DNA of 27,841 bases from an uncultured Candidatus Peregrinibacteria bacterium (GCA_913054215.1 CAJXJE010000001.1:1-27841); one strand, 5' to 3'. Shown: positions 1-9,161, counted from the first letter of the stretch. The notes: a model not told the origin generated them from the letters alone. Numbers and translations are program-made.

Positions 1-689
1 TGCTGAGGAATTTCATCGAGGAGTACCTCACACAAATCGACAAGATGCCAGGGGTACTTCACCGCTTGCCACACACCATCATATTGGACGGCGGTGTAGT
101 GCTTGTCTGCGAAGAGTTTTGTGAGTGCCTGTTCATATCCATCATCTGTCGATTCATCGATGTCACTCAGTGCAGCACTTAAAGCAGCAGGGTCACGGTG
201 TACATGTGCGACGACGTTCACTAAATCTGATGGCTCATTTCCTTCACCAGGCTTTTCGACGATTCCGGTTATACGATCACCATCAGTAGAAAGGTAACCA
301 CCAGGGAAGTATCGATCCACCTTGTACGCAAGCAACGCACCATCTCCAGTAGAGTTCAAAAGCTCCGTATAGGCACGAGGCTCAATAACATCATTCCCAC
401 CAACAATCATCAGAGGGTCATTTCCATATTCTTTCAAAATACTTAAGACCGCTCCACGCATACCAAGTTCTAAATTCTCCTGCTGCACCGTTGGGAGGTC
501 TGGCAACTTCTGCCGTGCCTCATCAAGGTTGTGTGCGGAGCCGACGAGAATAATGTTCTCGCACCCTCCCTCCTTCAAGCGGTTGACTTGGTGCTCGAGC
601 AGTGTTTTCCCACATAGGGGGAAAAGCGTCTTTTCGGTGAGTGGCCAAAAACGTGTACTACGGCCGGCGAGGAGAAGGAAGGTATTCAT
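1..689 (-). CDS. Sugar-phosphate nucleotidyltransferase (GlmU/RmlA-like NTP-transferase domain), 3' end runs off the window
   Basis: Manual translation from ATG at 689: MNTFLLLAGRSTRFWPLTEKTLFPLCGKTLLEHQV...GNDVI...GIVEKP...WQAVKYPWHL. Open to position 1. Has the N-terminal LAG-x-x-TR-x-x-PL nucleotidyltransferase signature and the EKP motif. Not in the ORF track. Confidence 0.85.
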   Translation of the reverse strand, partial: MNTFLLLAGRSTRFWPLTEKTLFPLCGKTLLEHQVNRLKEGGCENIILVGSAHNLDEARQKLPDLPTVQQENLELGMRGAVLSILKEYGNDPLMIVGGNDVIEPRAYTELLNSTGDGALLAYKVDRYFPGGYLSTDGDRITGIVEKPGEGNEPSDLVNVVAHVHRDPAALSAALSDIDESTDDGYEQALTKLFADKHYTAVQYDGVWQAVKYPWHLVDLCEVLLDEIPQ

Positions 690-826
690 CGGTGCGAGTA
701 TTCTACAGTATATTGTGCCTCATATTATCAATATGTCAACCATACATATCAGGAGAAAATAGTCCGGAGTTCCTAGGCTATGCAGGAATTCTTTTGTACA
801 TTCAAGCACTTATTCCCCATCAAACT

Positions 827-1159
827 ATGAAAAATGCCGTATTTGCCTTCGTATCACTTGCTTTCCTCCTTGGAACGATTCCTGCCGCTCCTGCAGCTCA
901 GGCTGCTCCCTACCGCTACAGCGATAAAGAGCAAAGCGGTTGGCCCAAGTGGATTGGTCAAATTCCATCATTTTCATTTTCGAGCTGCATTGATGGCACC
1001 ATGTGTCGTCTTATAAAGCCTCGTCCAGAAATGGCTGCGATATACTTGCCGCTCAGCCTCATCAAGACCGGTCGCTTAGAAGAGATTTTGCAAGAAGTAG
1101 AGAACACGCCAAACGTTGATACAAGAAATTGGCCCAGTTGGATCGGAGGACTTCGGTAA
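827..1159 (+). CDS. Small secreted hypothetical protein (110 aa)
   Basis: ATG 827 gives MKNAVFAFVSLAFLLGTIPAAPAAQA, a classical signal-peptide pattern. Two WPxWIG motifs. The upstream start at 641 overlaps the opposite-strand gene and is unlikely. Confidence 0.6.
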   Translation: MKNAVFAFVSLAFLLGTIPAAPAAQAAPYRYSDKEQSGWPKWIGQIPSFSFSSCIDGTMCRLIKPRPEMAAIYLPLSLIKTGRLEEILQEVENTPNVDTRNWPSWIGGLR

Positions 1160-1972
1160 CTACTTAAATACCAGAGAGATCACCCCAGCATTGGCGGTGG
1201 TCTTTGTGGGTATGCCGAGTCGCTTATATCGATCCAGTACTTCTGTGTGCGGATGACCGAATCGATTGTCTTTTCCTACGGAAACAATTCCCACCTTCGG
1301 ATCAACTGCCAGAAGAAATCCTGTCGAAGATGACGTGCGACTTCCATGATGGGCCACCTTCAAGATGTCGGATCGAATGTCTGCACCCGTTGCAAGAATC
1401 GCTCGCTCCGCATCATGTTCAATATCCCCGGTTAGTAGAATCGCATGATCCTTATATAGAACCCGGATCACGATCGATTGATCATTGGAGGCTCCGGTGT
1501 ACGCTGTAGTTGGCCAAATAATATCCAATACCACACCATCCTCCATCGAAATATCTACAGAAGGATCTGGATACACCACTGGTATTGATCGGCTTTCGAT
1601 CACCGATCGCAGTGCATCATATCTTCCCGAGGTGTGACCTGCCCCCGTCATAAGTACGCGGTCAATGTCATACCGCCTCAGTACTTCTGGAAGGGCAGTG
1701 ATGTGATCGGCATCGGGGTGCGTTATCACGAGGAGCTCTATCGTGCGATCGAAAAAAGGCATGAGACGATCAAGATGCGAAAGAGCTGCTAGGTTTGGGC
1801 CACCATCAATCAACACCTGTTTTCCCGACGGAGTAACCAGAAGTATCGCATCTCCCTGACCGACATCCAGAATATGTACGTGCAGTGCGCCATCAGGAAG
1901 CAGAGTGATTTCACGGATCAGCAATAGCGCAATGATCATCAGGCCAGCGCTTACAAACAACGTTTTACCCAT
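1160..1972 (-). CDS. ComEC/Rec2-like metallo-beta-lactamase-fold protein (stand-alone MBL domain with N-terminal membrane anchor)
   Basis: Motifs LDVGQGDA, LIDGG, THPDADH, LTGDIE, LKVAHHGS, SVGKDNRFGHP are typical of the ComEC C-terminal MBL domain. Start moved to ATG 1972 because the ORF-track extension translates a 7-bp repeat. Confidence 0.9.
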   Translation of the reverse strand: MGKTLFVSAGLMIIALLLIREITLLPDGALHVHILDVGQGDAILLVTPSGKQVLIDGGPNLAALSHLDRLMPFFDRTIELLVITHPDADHITALPEVLRRYDIDRVLMTGAGHTSGRYDALRSVIESRSIPVVYPDPSVDISMEDGVVLDIIWPTTAYTGASNDQSIVIRVLYKDHAILLTGDIEHDAERAILATGADIRSDILKVAHHGSRTSSSTGFLLAVDPKVGIVSVGKDNRFGHPHTEVLDRYKRLGIPTKTTANAGVISLVFK

Positions 1973-1983
1973 AGCACAGTATT

Positions 1984-2025
1984 CTATTGACCAATGACTA
2001 TTGATCAATGACCAATGGCTATTCA
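1984..2025. repeat. Six tandem 7-bp units, consensus C(C/T)A(A/T)TGA
   Basis: ctattga ccaatga ctattga tcaatga ccaatgg ctattca read directly. Confidence 0.8.
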
Positions 2026-2074
2026 CTAAAAAACAACAATCACTTTTCCTTATCCATAAGCCCTGTAATCAGTT

Positions 2075-3517
2075 CTACGCCTCGGTGGAACTGTTCTTTT
2101 TTGCGGTCAGTGCGATACCACCAACAATCAAGATAATCAGCACAGCAACAGCGCTGGTGATAAGTGTGACCAGTTTCCAGTTCATGCGCAGGGTAGACTC
2201 ATCGAATGCCGCTGAATGATCGACACCTTCGAGTGTTTCCATTGGTGTATCTTCGGTAATCACTTCGAGTGTGGTGATGTTCTCTGGCTCAACTTCCACT
2301 TCATCCCCAAGGGGGACCCCTTTGGGGTCAACTTCATTAAACTGCACTTCGCCATCCGCATTCATACTGCCGAAGGTGAGGTCTCCATAAAAACCATAGC
2401 CAGGAATATAGATGGGAAGATTGGCGTACTGGAATATACCAGGAGAGACATACCCGTAGGAGTTAATGGTCTGTAGATACATACCAAAGAAGCCAGGAGT
2501 GACATCGGCAAGTTGTACGCCTCCGATATCAATTGGCAGAAGACTTGGCGGTCCAAATGTCTGACCATCACGTGTTTGGTATACGACGATACCATAAAGG
2601 TCTCCAGGAGTGTTGTCGACAGTCCACTGCAGAGTCACCAAATATGCACCATTGGGCTGGAGCTCCGGAACGATGGTGACATTTTCTAGATCTGGTGGAG
2701 CCATTGGGTCCGACACTCTCTGGGGTGGTGCGGTGGGTACTGGGTTTTTACCGTCTGCATGACCGGTAAGCAAAACCGATCGATCATCTGCATCAAGCTT
2801 CCGACCGGCTCGGCCTTCAAACGGCTCACTAAACTGTACGTTATAGACAGTGCCACGTTCCTGAACTTCTGTAGTGATTGTAATAGTCTTTGCTTCGATC
2901 GTAATGTTTTTAATCTGTAGCACAGTTCCACCAGGGCCCTCAATCTGTAAGCCTTCTGGTGCACGCGCAGAATCCACAGTCATAGAGGCCGAGAACTCGA
3001 TCACCATTTTCTCAGGCGTTGCTACGCTTCCTTTCAAAAGTCTTGCCGTAGCGGAGCCAGTTACAGGAGGAAGGCTGGGCGGCTTCTGCCCTGTAGGGGC
3101 TTTATCTTCGTCGTAGTCTTTAAAGACGCCTGTTGGAGGGAGAGGCTCCGCGTCGAGCTCCAACCTCGCTTCGTCTGTGAAAAATTCACTTTCGAGTCCG
3201 TTCTGTGCAACAGCGATTACCGCAATGTACAGATCACCGCTACCGAGTGGCGGCAAAAAGGTAAGCGTAGTTTCGTCACCATCGGTAACTTCGAAGTCAT
3301 CGTAGAGCCCGTCATTATCCAAAATAGATTCTGCACTGTAGTACACACGGTAGTATTCGATAGGATCACTGCTTACAGCCGTCCAGCTCACAGATACTTC
3401 TCCGTTTTGCAAGGTTGCATCTACACCCATGACGGCAGATGGAGCACTTTGAGCAAACACCTGACCCGAAAGGGCAAGGAATGTCAGTGTGCAGGCGACT
3501 GTGAGTTTTGTTTTCAT
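2075..3517 (-). CDS. Cell-surface protein: signal peptide, fibronectin-III-like and Ig-like modules, C-terminal TM anchor
   Basis: MKTKLTVACTLTFLALSGQVFA signal; FN3-like VSVSWTAV...YYRVYY...LYIAVIAV; Ig-like KMVIEFS...YNVQF; second FN3-like VTLQWTV; C-terminal hydrophobic helix followed by KK. Confidence 0.75.
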   Translation of the reverse strand: MKTKLTVACTLTFLALSGQVFAQSAPSAVMGVDATLQNGEVSVSWTAVSSDPIEYYRVYYSAESILDNDGLYDDFEVTDGDETTLTFLPPLGSGDLYIAVIAVAQNGLESEFFTDEARLELDAEPLPPTGVFKDYDEDKAPTGQKPPSLPPVTGSATARLLKGSVATPEKMVIEFSASMTVDSARAPEGLQIEGPGGTVLQIKNITIEAKTITITTEVQERGTVYNVQFSEPFEGRAGRKLDADDRSVLLTGHADGKNPVPTAPPQRVSDPMAPPDLENVTIVPELQPNGAYLVTLQWTVDNTPGDLYGIVVYQTRDGQTFGPPSLLPIDIGGVQLADVTPGFFGMYLQTINSYGYVSPGIFQYANLPIYIPGYGFYGDLTFGSMNADGEVQFNEVDPKGVPLGDEVEVEPENITTLEVITEDTPMETLEGVDHSAAFDESTLRMNWKLVTLITSAVAVLIILIVGGIALTAKKNSSTEA

Positions 3518-3578
3518 AGAATCTATACATTGTAACACAATTAGCTTAATCAGCCAATCCTACGAATATATCGAGAAA

Positions 3579-5027
3579 CTATAGTAGCGATTTATGCAAC
3601 CGCAATGTCCAGGCGAGTGTCCCCATGAGTACAGTCATTGCTATCAAGCCAATCACCGTACTTAGCTCATTGACTAGTATTGGCCTAAAGAGGCTGAGTC
3701 CAAGCCCTAGAATCAACCCAAACAACGCTAATTGCCGTATCAGATTCCTGTCTAGCCGCATGGGCATTTCTTTCAGTGCCTGTGGCAGCAGCATGGCAGC
3801 CAGCAGCACATGCACCACAATCGAGGTATACGCAGCGCCGACAAACCCATGGATCGGGATTAGAATGAAGTTTAACGAGAGCGAGACAACGGCTGCGAAA
3901 AAGAGAGAGAGCGTTAGCCGTTTCCATACATGACGATTTAAGAGCACATAGAACGAATACAGAATCACACCATTCAACAGGAACGGAATAGAGACCAGTC
4001 GCAGTGCCGTATCACTTCCCGGACGCATCGCAGTACTCAGGTATTGTGGAGTCGTTAGCAGGGCAATAAGCGGCCTGCTCCAGAGAGCCGCAAAGAGGAA
4101 AGCTACAACACCAATCAACAGTATCGCAATAAAGGTTTTTCCTAACAGTGCGCGTGTATCTTCGCCCTTATGGTCGCGCTCACTCAAGATTGGCAGTATG
4201 GAATTCAGCAAAAATGTCGGGAGCAAAAATGCCATGTCTGCCATGCGCACGACAAAACCATAGTAGGCGTTTTGCAATTGAAAGTCCGGACGCAGAAGTG
4301 CGATCATCGTAATATCAAACTGTCTATAAAATGCGAGACACAAATACGCGAGTCCAAATGGTGCAGCTTTTTTTGCAAGATCTTTGATCAATCCGCGGTC
4401 AATAGTTGGACGGATCTTCATGAGTCGATTCCCATAAAACAGTGAGATCGCAAACAGAACAAACGCACCAACGCCTCCAAAGAACAGCATCATGTGCAGG
4501 TGTTGTAAGTCTGTGCTTTGCCGCACCCCCAAGACAATAAACGATCCTATAAGTGCCGTAGTAATCACGCGCTGCGTTACTTCTGCGACGAACACGTAGT
4601 GCATCTTGTACTGAACTTGGAACACTGTGCGAATAATACCGGCAAGCAATGTAAAAAATGGTACAAGAGATGCGATCAACACACTCATCGGAAGCGGTGT
4701 CCCCTTCCACTGTGGCATGAACCAGACAAACAGCAGTGCTGCAGACAGAGAGATCATCAAAATAATTGTTCGTAGGACGATCAGTGCTCCAAGAACTTTC
4801 GCTTTATCTTTTGCTTTGCTCACCTCCCGCACACTCACGGCATACAGCCCAAAGTCTGCCAGTATCCCAAAGAGCTGTAGGTATCCGTAGGCGGAGTTAT
4901 AACTTCCGGCGAGTTCTTTGGTCAGCCCTATTGCCACAAACTTCACGGTCAAAATAGACAGCGCAGCCATAGTGATTTGGCTGGCCATTTGCCAAAGAGT
5001 CGAGGTGGCGATTTGCTTAGAAGGCAT
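3579..5027 (-). CDS. Oligosaccharide/polysaccharide flippase (Wzx/MOP superfamily)
   Basis: ~482 aa, many TM helices, early ADFGL motif and G-x-x-GAA-x-TS near the C-terminus. ATG at 5027. Confidence 0.85.
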   Translation of the reverse strand: MPSKQIATSTLWQMASQITMAALSILTVKFVAIGLTKELAGSYNSAYGYLQLFGILADFGLYAVSVREVSKAKDKAKVLGALIVLRTIILMISLSAALLFVWFMPQWKGTPLPMSVLIASLVPFFTLLAGIIRTVFQVQYKMHYVFVAEVTQRVITTALIGSFIVLGVRQSTDLQHLHMMLFFGGVGAFVLFAISLFYGNRLMKIRPTIDRGLIKDLAKKAAPFGLAYLCLAFYRQFDITMIALLRPDFQLQNAYYGFVVRMADMAFLLPTFLLNSILPILSERDHKGEDTRALLGKTFIAILLIGVVAFLFAALWSRPLIALLTTPQYLSTAMRPGSDTALRLVSIPFLLNGVILYSFYVLLNRHVWKRLTLSLFFAAVVSLSLNFILIPIHGFVGAAYTSIVVHVLLAAMLLPQALKEMPMRLDRNLIRQLALFGLILGLGLSLFRPILVNELSTVIGLIAMTVLMGTLAWTLRLHKSLL

Positions 5028-5075
5028 CAAAGGAATGGTACCTTAAAACGCTGTAGTACATCCTTCTTTCTTCGA

Positions 5076-6248
5076 TTACTGATCGACGATGTTTCCGTTG
5101 GGGTCGATCCTAATAAACCGAACAACATTCCTATGTTCGATTGGATTAAATTCATACACTTGCAGGCGAATGGAATCTTCGAAAGGGCGATACTCACAAC
5201 GTATCTGTGTGACTTCCCAGTCGGGGCCAGTCATTGAGCGAATAGAAATGCGCGCACCATACTTGGTAATAATTTCTCCATCAGTACCAAATCGTATTCC
5301 GCGTTCTTTCAATTTTTCTGCGATAAGCGAATTAAAAACGTGGATCTCTGCACCATCTTGCCGGTGCCCGTCGCTCCAGTGCGCGAATGTTCCTTGAGAG
5401 GCTTCGGACCGCGTTCCGTCTCTTGTGATCGTTGTCAGAGAAACAGCTTCTGTCTGTCCTCTTTCTTCAAACTGTCGTAGATACACGAGCAATTCTTCTC
5501 CGTTCTGCATGACTTCAAGCCGAGCACTGTCCAATGTGTGGTCGGCATCTCTTTGGGAAAAAATATGGTCCCCATCTGGGAGCACAATGGCGTTACCTTC
5601 AAAGGTGATACCAAGTTCTCGCATACGATCTGTCGCGTACTTCGTAATGAAAATATTCTTCACGTCTTTGTCACGCACTTCTGCTTTCCAGTGATCAAAA
5701 TCTGCGTCCCATTTTCCACGTTCGTAGTCTCCATCAATATACGAAGTGATCAGAGTGCTAGCAGCTCCACCAAGTAGCCCAGCGGCTATGACACCAACAC
5801 CACCCCATTTCAACAGGCTTCGTCGACTGAGTGCTGCCTCTGTCTTAACGTTATCCAGCGCTTGTTCTTGTTTCACTTGAGCGACGTCTTTTTTCTTCTG
5901 AGATTCACGGCAGAGCTCGTCGTCCTTTATCAAACGAGGATAAATGTTATTCCTCTTCAGCATTGCCGCATCAATAACACATGTGTCACAGTCTTGGGGA
6001 TCACGCGTGTTCTCATATTCAGCATTGATAATAGGAAGATCGGGATTTGAAGATTCGCGGATATTGAGAATGCGTATTACGTAGTCTCCATTCTCAACAA
6101 AAAGGCGTACGGGTACTATTGGTCTATATTCACCAAATTCCGGAAAGAAGATAAACATCGGCCGGTTATTCTCAATCGGCCTCTCCGCATTTAGCGGAGG
6201 CCACGGGTTTCCTCTAGGAGGGCCATTTGGGTAGTCCGTTCGGTTCAT
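5076..6248 (-). CDS. Hypothetical membrane protein with internal RR-TM segment and a duplicated ~104-aa C-terminal domain
   Basis: 390-aa ORF with a promoter directly upstream. LSRRSLLKWGGVGVIAAGLLGG at mid-protein. Two repeats beginning HWKAE/HWSDG, 312 nt apart. Confidence 0.7.
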   Translation of the reverse strand: MNRTDYPNGPPRGNPWPPLNAERPIENNRPMFIFFPEFGEYRPIVPVRLFVENGDYVIRILNIRESSNPDLPIINAEYENTRDPQDCDTCVIDAAMLKRNNIYPRLIKDDELCRESQKKKDVAQVKQEQALDNVKTEAALSRRSLLKWGGVGVIAAGLLGGAASTLITSYIDGDYERGKWDADFDHWKAEVRDKDVKNIFITKYATDRMRELGITFEGNAIVLPDGDHIFSQRDADHTLDSARLEVMQNGEELLVYLRQFEERGQTEAVSLTTITRDGTRSEASQGTFAHWSDGHRQDGAEIHVFNSLIAEKLKERGIRFGTDGEIITKYGARISIRSMTGPDWEVTQIRCEYRPFEDSIRLQVYEFNPIEHRNVVRFIRIDPNGNIVDQ

Positions 6249-6257
6249 AGTTCAAGT

Positions 6258-6285
6258 ATTCTACAATAACTACTATTTATGTCAA
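6258..6285 (-). promoter_or_regulatory. Sigma70-type promoter TTGACA-16-TAGAAT
   Basis: Reverse complement of tgtcaa (6280-6285) and attcta (6258-6263); ATG 9 nt downstream. Confidence 0.65.
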
Positions 6286-6322
6286 TGTATAACAAAAGGC
6301 CTGTTTAAACAAGAATTATGGG

Positions 6323-6351
6323 TAGACAAGCCAATTCAAGTTAAGTACTAT
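6323..6351 (+). promoter_or_regulatory. Sigma70-type promoter for pyrB, TAGACA-17-TACTAT
   Basis: Hexamers at 6323-6328 and 6346-6351; ATG 11 nt downstream. Confidence 0.5.
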
Positions 6352-6362
6352 CTGTGCACAAC

Positions 6363-7280
6363 ATGGCTCTCTCCTTCCAACACTTAACGTCCACCAAGCA
6401 ACTCACACGAGAAGATATGGATGCCATTTTGAAGGTATCTCTGGAGATGGAAAAGGTACGAGACAGCGGCAGTAGCGAATTACTAAAGGGTAAAGTACTC
6501 GCCTCTCTGTTCTATGAACCCAGCACCAGAACGCGTATGAGTTTTGAAGCTGCAATGCACCGCCTTGGAGGCAGTGTGATTACGGCAGAGGGTATCCAGT
6601 TTAGTTCGATGTACAAAGGAGAAACGATAGAAGATACCATCCAGATGGCATCGCAGTATGTAGACATCATTGTGATGAGACACCCCGAGCAAGGAAGTGC
6701 AGACAAAGCCGCACAGGTTTCTGGTGTCCCCTTCATCAATGCAGGAGATGGCCCTGGGCAGCACCCAACACAAGGGATCTTAGACATGGTCACGATCTCC
6801 AAAGAGCGCGGTACCTTAGATGGCATCAGCATCACCATGGTAGGAGATTTACTCTACGGTCGTACGGTGCATTCACTCAGCTTTCTGTTGGGGCTCTACA
6901 AGGATGTTACCTTTACATTTGTCGCACCGGATGCGTTGCAGATGCCAGAAAAAGTAACGTCGTATCTCGATGAAAAAGGGATGAAGTATTCCGTCACACA
7001 AGAACTTGAAGATGGACTCAATTCGGATGTGCTCTACATGACGCGTATCCAAAAAGAACGTTTCGCAGATAGCTCACAGTACGAAAAACTCAAAGACAGT
7101 TACATTCTCGAAGCAGCTCACGTGAAAGATCGTGACATCACTGTGATGCATCCCCTGCCACGGGTAAATGAAATCAGTACGGATGTCGATGCACTTCCCA
7201 ATGCTGCCTACTTCCGTCAAGCAAACAACGGAGTGATTGCACGGATGGCTCTACTGGCGATGCTTCTGGGTGAGGCATAG
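6363..7280 (+). CDS. pyrB: Aspartate carbamoyltransferase catalytic subunit
   Basis: FYEPSTRTRMSFE carbamoyl-phosphate motif, INAGDG..QHPTQ, GDLLYGRTVHSL, MHPLPR. ATG 6363. Confidence 0.97.
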   Translation: MALSFQHLTSTKQLTREDMDAILKVSLEMEKVRDSGSSELLKGKVLASLFYEPSTRTRMSFEAAMHRLGGSVITAEGIQFSSMYKGETIEDTIQMASQYVDIIVMRHPEQGSADKAAQVSGVPFINAGDGPGQHPTQGILDMVTISKERGTLDGISITMVGDLLYGRTVHSLSFLLGLYKDVTFTFVAPDALQMPEKVTSYLDEKGMKYSVTQELEDGLNSDVLYMTRIQKERFADSSQYEKLKDSYILEAAHVKDRDITVMHPLPRVNEISTDVDALPNAAYFRQANNGVIARMALLAMLLGEA

Positions 7281-7381
7281 ATCAAAACTCTGTTCTTGAT
7301 TGTTCCATAGCAAAAAGGAACGGAATTTTTGTGTATATATAAAGGAAAAGTGCATGTGTTTAAAAACATACATACCACAGC

Positions 7382-7400
7382 GCGGGGATACTTCCCCGCA
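7382..7400. repeat. REP-like hairpin left of transposase
   Basis: gcgggga-tact-tccccgc is a perfect 7-bp stem; shares cttccccgca with the right-hand copy. Confidence 0.7.
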
Positions 7401-7421
7401 GATGTATTAGGATAACCTTCT

Positions 7422-7826
7422 ATGTCACAGCCACACCCGATTCAAAGTGATGCATTAATGTTTATCACAACAAATATCAAAAACAAACATCCATTATTCA
7501 AAAATAATGCATATGCACGAGAGGCAACAGAGATGATGTATCGAATTCAAGAGCAGCCAGATCATTGTCACTTTCTTCTATTCCTTGATGAACATGGATT
7601 CATTTCAAAAATCATGAACAGGTATAAAATGGGAGTGAGCCATAGTATCGGTATCGGATCTATTTGGCAGCCAAGATTCCATCTTCGATTACCAGAGAAT
7701 GCTGCGGCAGTACTGCATTATATTCATAGAAACCCCGTGAAGGCTGGAATAGTGGATAATCCTGAAGATTATCCATGGTCTTCCGCATCGGGAAAATGGG
7801 ATATAGTCGATTTGAATGTCCTATAA
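7422..7826 (+). mobile_element. Y1 HUH transposase (IS200/IS605 TnpA or RAYT type), possibly internally deleted
   Basis: PDHCH (HUH), WQPRF, YIHRNPVKAG (catalytic Tyr), PEDYPWSS. The segment before HUH looks about ten residues short and lacks the usual hydrophobic strand ending in MP. Confidence 0.85.
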
Positions 7827-7829
7827 CAA

Positions 7830-7862
7830 TGCGGGCAGGTGTTCTTCCCCGCAATTAGCGGG
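7830..7862. repeat. REP-like hairpin right of transposase
   Basis: tgcggg (7830-7835) pairs with cccgca (7848-7853); cttccccgca at 7844-7853; an alternative stem cccgc-aatta-gcggg runs to 7862. Confidence 0.6.
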
Positions 7863-7898
7863 TGGGATTTTTTTGCATTGGATGGTAGCATTCCTGCA

Positions 7899-9161
7899 AT
7901 GACCTCCATTCTTATCAAAGGCGGCTCCATCATCACGGAAAATGGTCCAGTTCGTGCGGATATCTTGAAAGTGGATGGTGTCATTACAAAGGTTGGTGTG
8001 GTGGAAGATACCGCAGATGAAGTCATACAAGCATTGGGGTACATCATCTTTCCAGGGCTCATTGATTGCCATGTACACTTTCGCGAACCCGGTTACGAAC
8101 ACAAGGCAACCATGAAGTCCGAGGCAGCGTCTGCACGAGCAGGAGGAGTGACGTGTGTCTGTGACATGCCGAATACCGATCCGCCAACGGTAACTATTAG
8201 CGCACTGAGTGACAAGGTACGTCGCGCATCAGAGGTTACCGATTGTGACATTCGATTTTTCTTTGGTGTCACATCAGCGATACATCTTGCGACACTCAAA
8301 GATTTGTGGGTATCAACATCCGATGAACTCATAGCGCTCAAAGCATATTGTTGCGGTGTAAAACTCTATTTCGACCACTCCACCGGAGATCAAAAAATCG
8401 AAGAAGAACTCATCGAAACAGTGTTTGAAGCATGTGCAGAACTTAATATTCCTATCATTGCACATTGTGAAGATCCACAGGTAAACACCGAAGCCGCAAA
8501 AGCAAACATCGATGAAGATGTCGCCGCACACTCCATCATCCGCCCTACAAAATCAGAAGCAAAATCTATCAAAAAAGCATTGGCTCTTGTTGCGCAATTC
8601 GGCACAGCGTTTCATGTTGCACATCTTTCTTCGAAGCGTGGGCTCGAGTTTGTTGCAAAAGCAAAAGAGGAAGGCTTACCGGTAACGTGCGAAGTGGCAC
8701 CGCATCATTTAGTACTTTCGACACTCGACTATAAAAAGCTTGGCACACTCTGCAAGATGAATCCCCCCGTACGTTCTGTCTCTGATAACGAAGCACTATG
8801 GCAGGGTATAGAAGATGGCACAATCGATTGCGTCGCAACCGATCACGCACCACATACACTCGAAGAAAAGCAAGCAGGCAAGCCATTAGATGCTCCTAGC
8901 GGTGTACCAGGGGTAGAGACGGCTCTATCCATATTACTCACGCGCTTGCAGCCAGAAACTATTCATAAACTCATGTTCGAGAACCCCAATCGCATATTTG
9001 ATCTTGGGAAACAGGGCCTTGTTGTCGGGTCCGATGCGGACATCGTGATAGTCGACCCAACCGTGAAGCGGCAGATTCATGCTGCTGACTTACATAGCAA
9101 ATGTGACTGGACTCCATTCGAAGGGAAAGAAGTGCGAGGGGAGGTAATTCGTGTCGTCTAA
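7899..9161 (+). CDS. pyrC: Dihydroorotase (type I, cyclic amidohydrolase family)
   Basis: DCHVHFREPG (HxH), DMPNT, HCED, HVAHLS, EVAPHHL, KMNPPVR, ATDHAPH, SGVPGVE; next to pyrB. ATG 7899. Confidence 0.9.
   Translation: MTSILIKGGSIITENGPVRADILKVDGVITKVGVVEDTADEVIQALGYIIFPGLIDCHVHFREPGYEHKATMKSEAASARAGGVTCVCDMPNTDPPTVTISALSDKVRRASEVTDCDIRFFFGVTSAIHLATLKDLWVSTSDELIALKAYCCGVKLYFDHSTGDQKIEEELIETVFEACAELNIPIIAHCEDPQVNTEAAKANIDEDVAAHSIIRPTKSEAKSIKKALALVAQFGTAFHVAHLSSKRGLEFVAKAKEEGLPVTCEVAPHHLVLSTLDYKKLGTLCKMNPPVRSVSDNEALWQGIEDGTIDCVATDHAPHTLEEKQAGKPLDAPSGVPGVETALSILLTRLQPETIHKLMFENPNRIFDLGKQGLVVGSDADIVIVDPTVKRQIHAADLHSKCDWTPFEGKEVRGEVIRVV

Noticed and set aside
3060-3150. LPPTG/LPPVTG motifs in the FN3 surface protein as sortase signals
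   Set aside because: Internal, in a Pro-rich linker, not followed by a hydrophobic segment and basic tail.
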